A stretch of 24,000 nt of DNA from Cyclobacteriaceae bacterium (GTDB taxonomy: Bacteria > Bacteroidota > Bacteroidia > Cytophagales > Cyclobacteriaceae). Positions 23,488 to 24,000 of this stretch are shown here, piece after piece. A program made the position numbers and the translations under genes. How positions within the stretch are numbered: position 1 is the stretch's first letter; every line of letters starts with the position of its first letter. A model generated the notes under the pieces. That model saw only the letters and a list, made by a program, of their open reading frames with translations, did no database searches and was not told where the DNA came from. The DNA is taken from positions 2,620,563-2,644,562 of the forward strand of contig OZ245942.1 in NCBI GenBank assembly GCA_965230065.1, given 5' to 3'.

Positions 23488-23907
23488 ATGGAAGAGTTAC
23501 TCACATTGCGCCAGCACCTTGAAGCCAGAAATTACGAGGCTGCTTTAGCCATTGTAAATGAATTAGAGGAAATGAGCAAAGAAGATAAGATTAATAAAAT
23601 ATTCAGCTTTTCTATCATTCTGCTGCAACATATCATAAACAAGAAAGCTGAAAACAGGACTACTAATTCATGGGAAGCTTCTATTAAAGAAGCCAGTATA
23701 CAAATCAAGAGAATTAACGCGAGAAGAAAAGCGGGTGGCGTTTACTTCTCAGATACTGAGTTAAGGGAAAGTTTGGAAGAAGCGTTTCCAATCGCCATTG
23801 CCAAAGCGGCTTCGGAAGCTTTTGGCGGTGCCCTGGATGAAAAAGCGCTCATGAAAAAAATAAATAAGAAAGCCCTCCTCTCAGAAACCTTCCAAATGCT
23901 AACCTGA
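23488..23907 (+). CDS. Small helical protein, DUF29-like (tentative)
   Basis: The product is 139 aa. ELEEMSKEDKINKIFSFSIILLQHIINKKAE.NRTTNSWEASIKEASIQIKRI resembles the DUF29 pattern (EEIE.mG.SEkREL.SRL.vLL.HLLKWqyQP..RS.SW..TI.EQR.eI). No search was done. Confidence 0.4.
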   Translation: MEELLTLRQHLEARNYEAALAIVNELEEMSKEDKINKIFSFSIILLQHIINKKAENRTTNSWEASIKEASIQIKRINARRKAGGVYFSDTELRESLEEAFPIAIAKAASEAFGGALDEKALMKKINKKALLSETFQMLT

Positions 23908-24000
23908 ACGTATTCATTGCCTTTTCTATCTTTCTTAACATATTTTTTGTTAATTTGTAGAACATATTATTGTTTATTCTGATTTTATGTTTGTGTAGAG

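Noticed and set aside
1-24000. The whole window considered as a defence island, prophage, integrative element or biosynthetic cluster.
   Set aside because: There is no integrase, transposase, tRNA attachment site, phage structural gene, restriction-modification, toxin-antitoxin or cas-like gene, and no biosynthetic core enzyme. Gene content is housekeeping and stress-related, and composition looks uniform by eye.

Overview
This window looks like an ordinary core chromosomal region of a Bacteroidota-type bacterium. Start codons have no Shine-Dalgarno motif and sit behind A/C-rich, G-poor leaders. Lipoproteins of DUF4136 type and membrane proteins of DUF3784 type are present. I can support 25 protein-coding genes. 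They are moaC (cut by the window edge), moeA, a Dabb protein, folD, lepA, a small secreted protein, a ModF-like double ABC ATPase and a FrnE/DsbA-like thiol oxidoreductase. Next come two bacterial PH-domain membrane proteins (one apparently frameshifted), pspA with a YbjN-like partner, and a divergent XRE-HTH/S24-like regulator. The rest are ung, apaG, a SAM methyltransferase, a membrane-anchored coiled-coil protein, a glycerophosphodiesterase, a DUF4136 lipoprotein, a DUF4212 plus sodium:solute symporter pair, a tandem Usp, a DUF606 transporter, a YdiJ-like FAD/Fe-S oxidoreductase and a DUF29-like protein. I found no rRNA, tRNA, CRISPR array, transposase, integrase, prophage or recognisable defence genes, and no convincing novel multi-gene system. 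The structure not explained by genes is in the intergenic DNA. Five spacers (about 2139-2243, 5644-5706, 10224-10293, 18203-18267 and 20347-20458) are built from 7-nt periodic units arranged as inverted blocks that can fold into long hairpins. One of them contains a perfect (AGTTGCC)x5 tandem repeat. Secondary points are a PspA-centred putative membrane-stress cluster with a regulator whose S24 domain seems to lack both catalytic residues, a split PH-domain gene, a CX4C tail on the FrnE-like protein, and two related terminator hairpins that differ by a compensatory base-pair flip. All homology statements come from reading motifs by eye; no database search was run.
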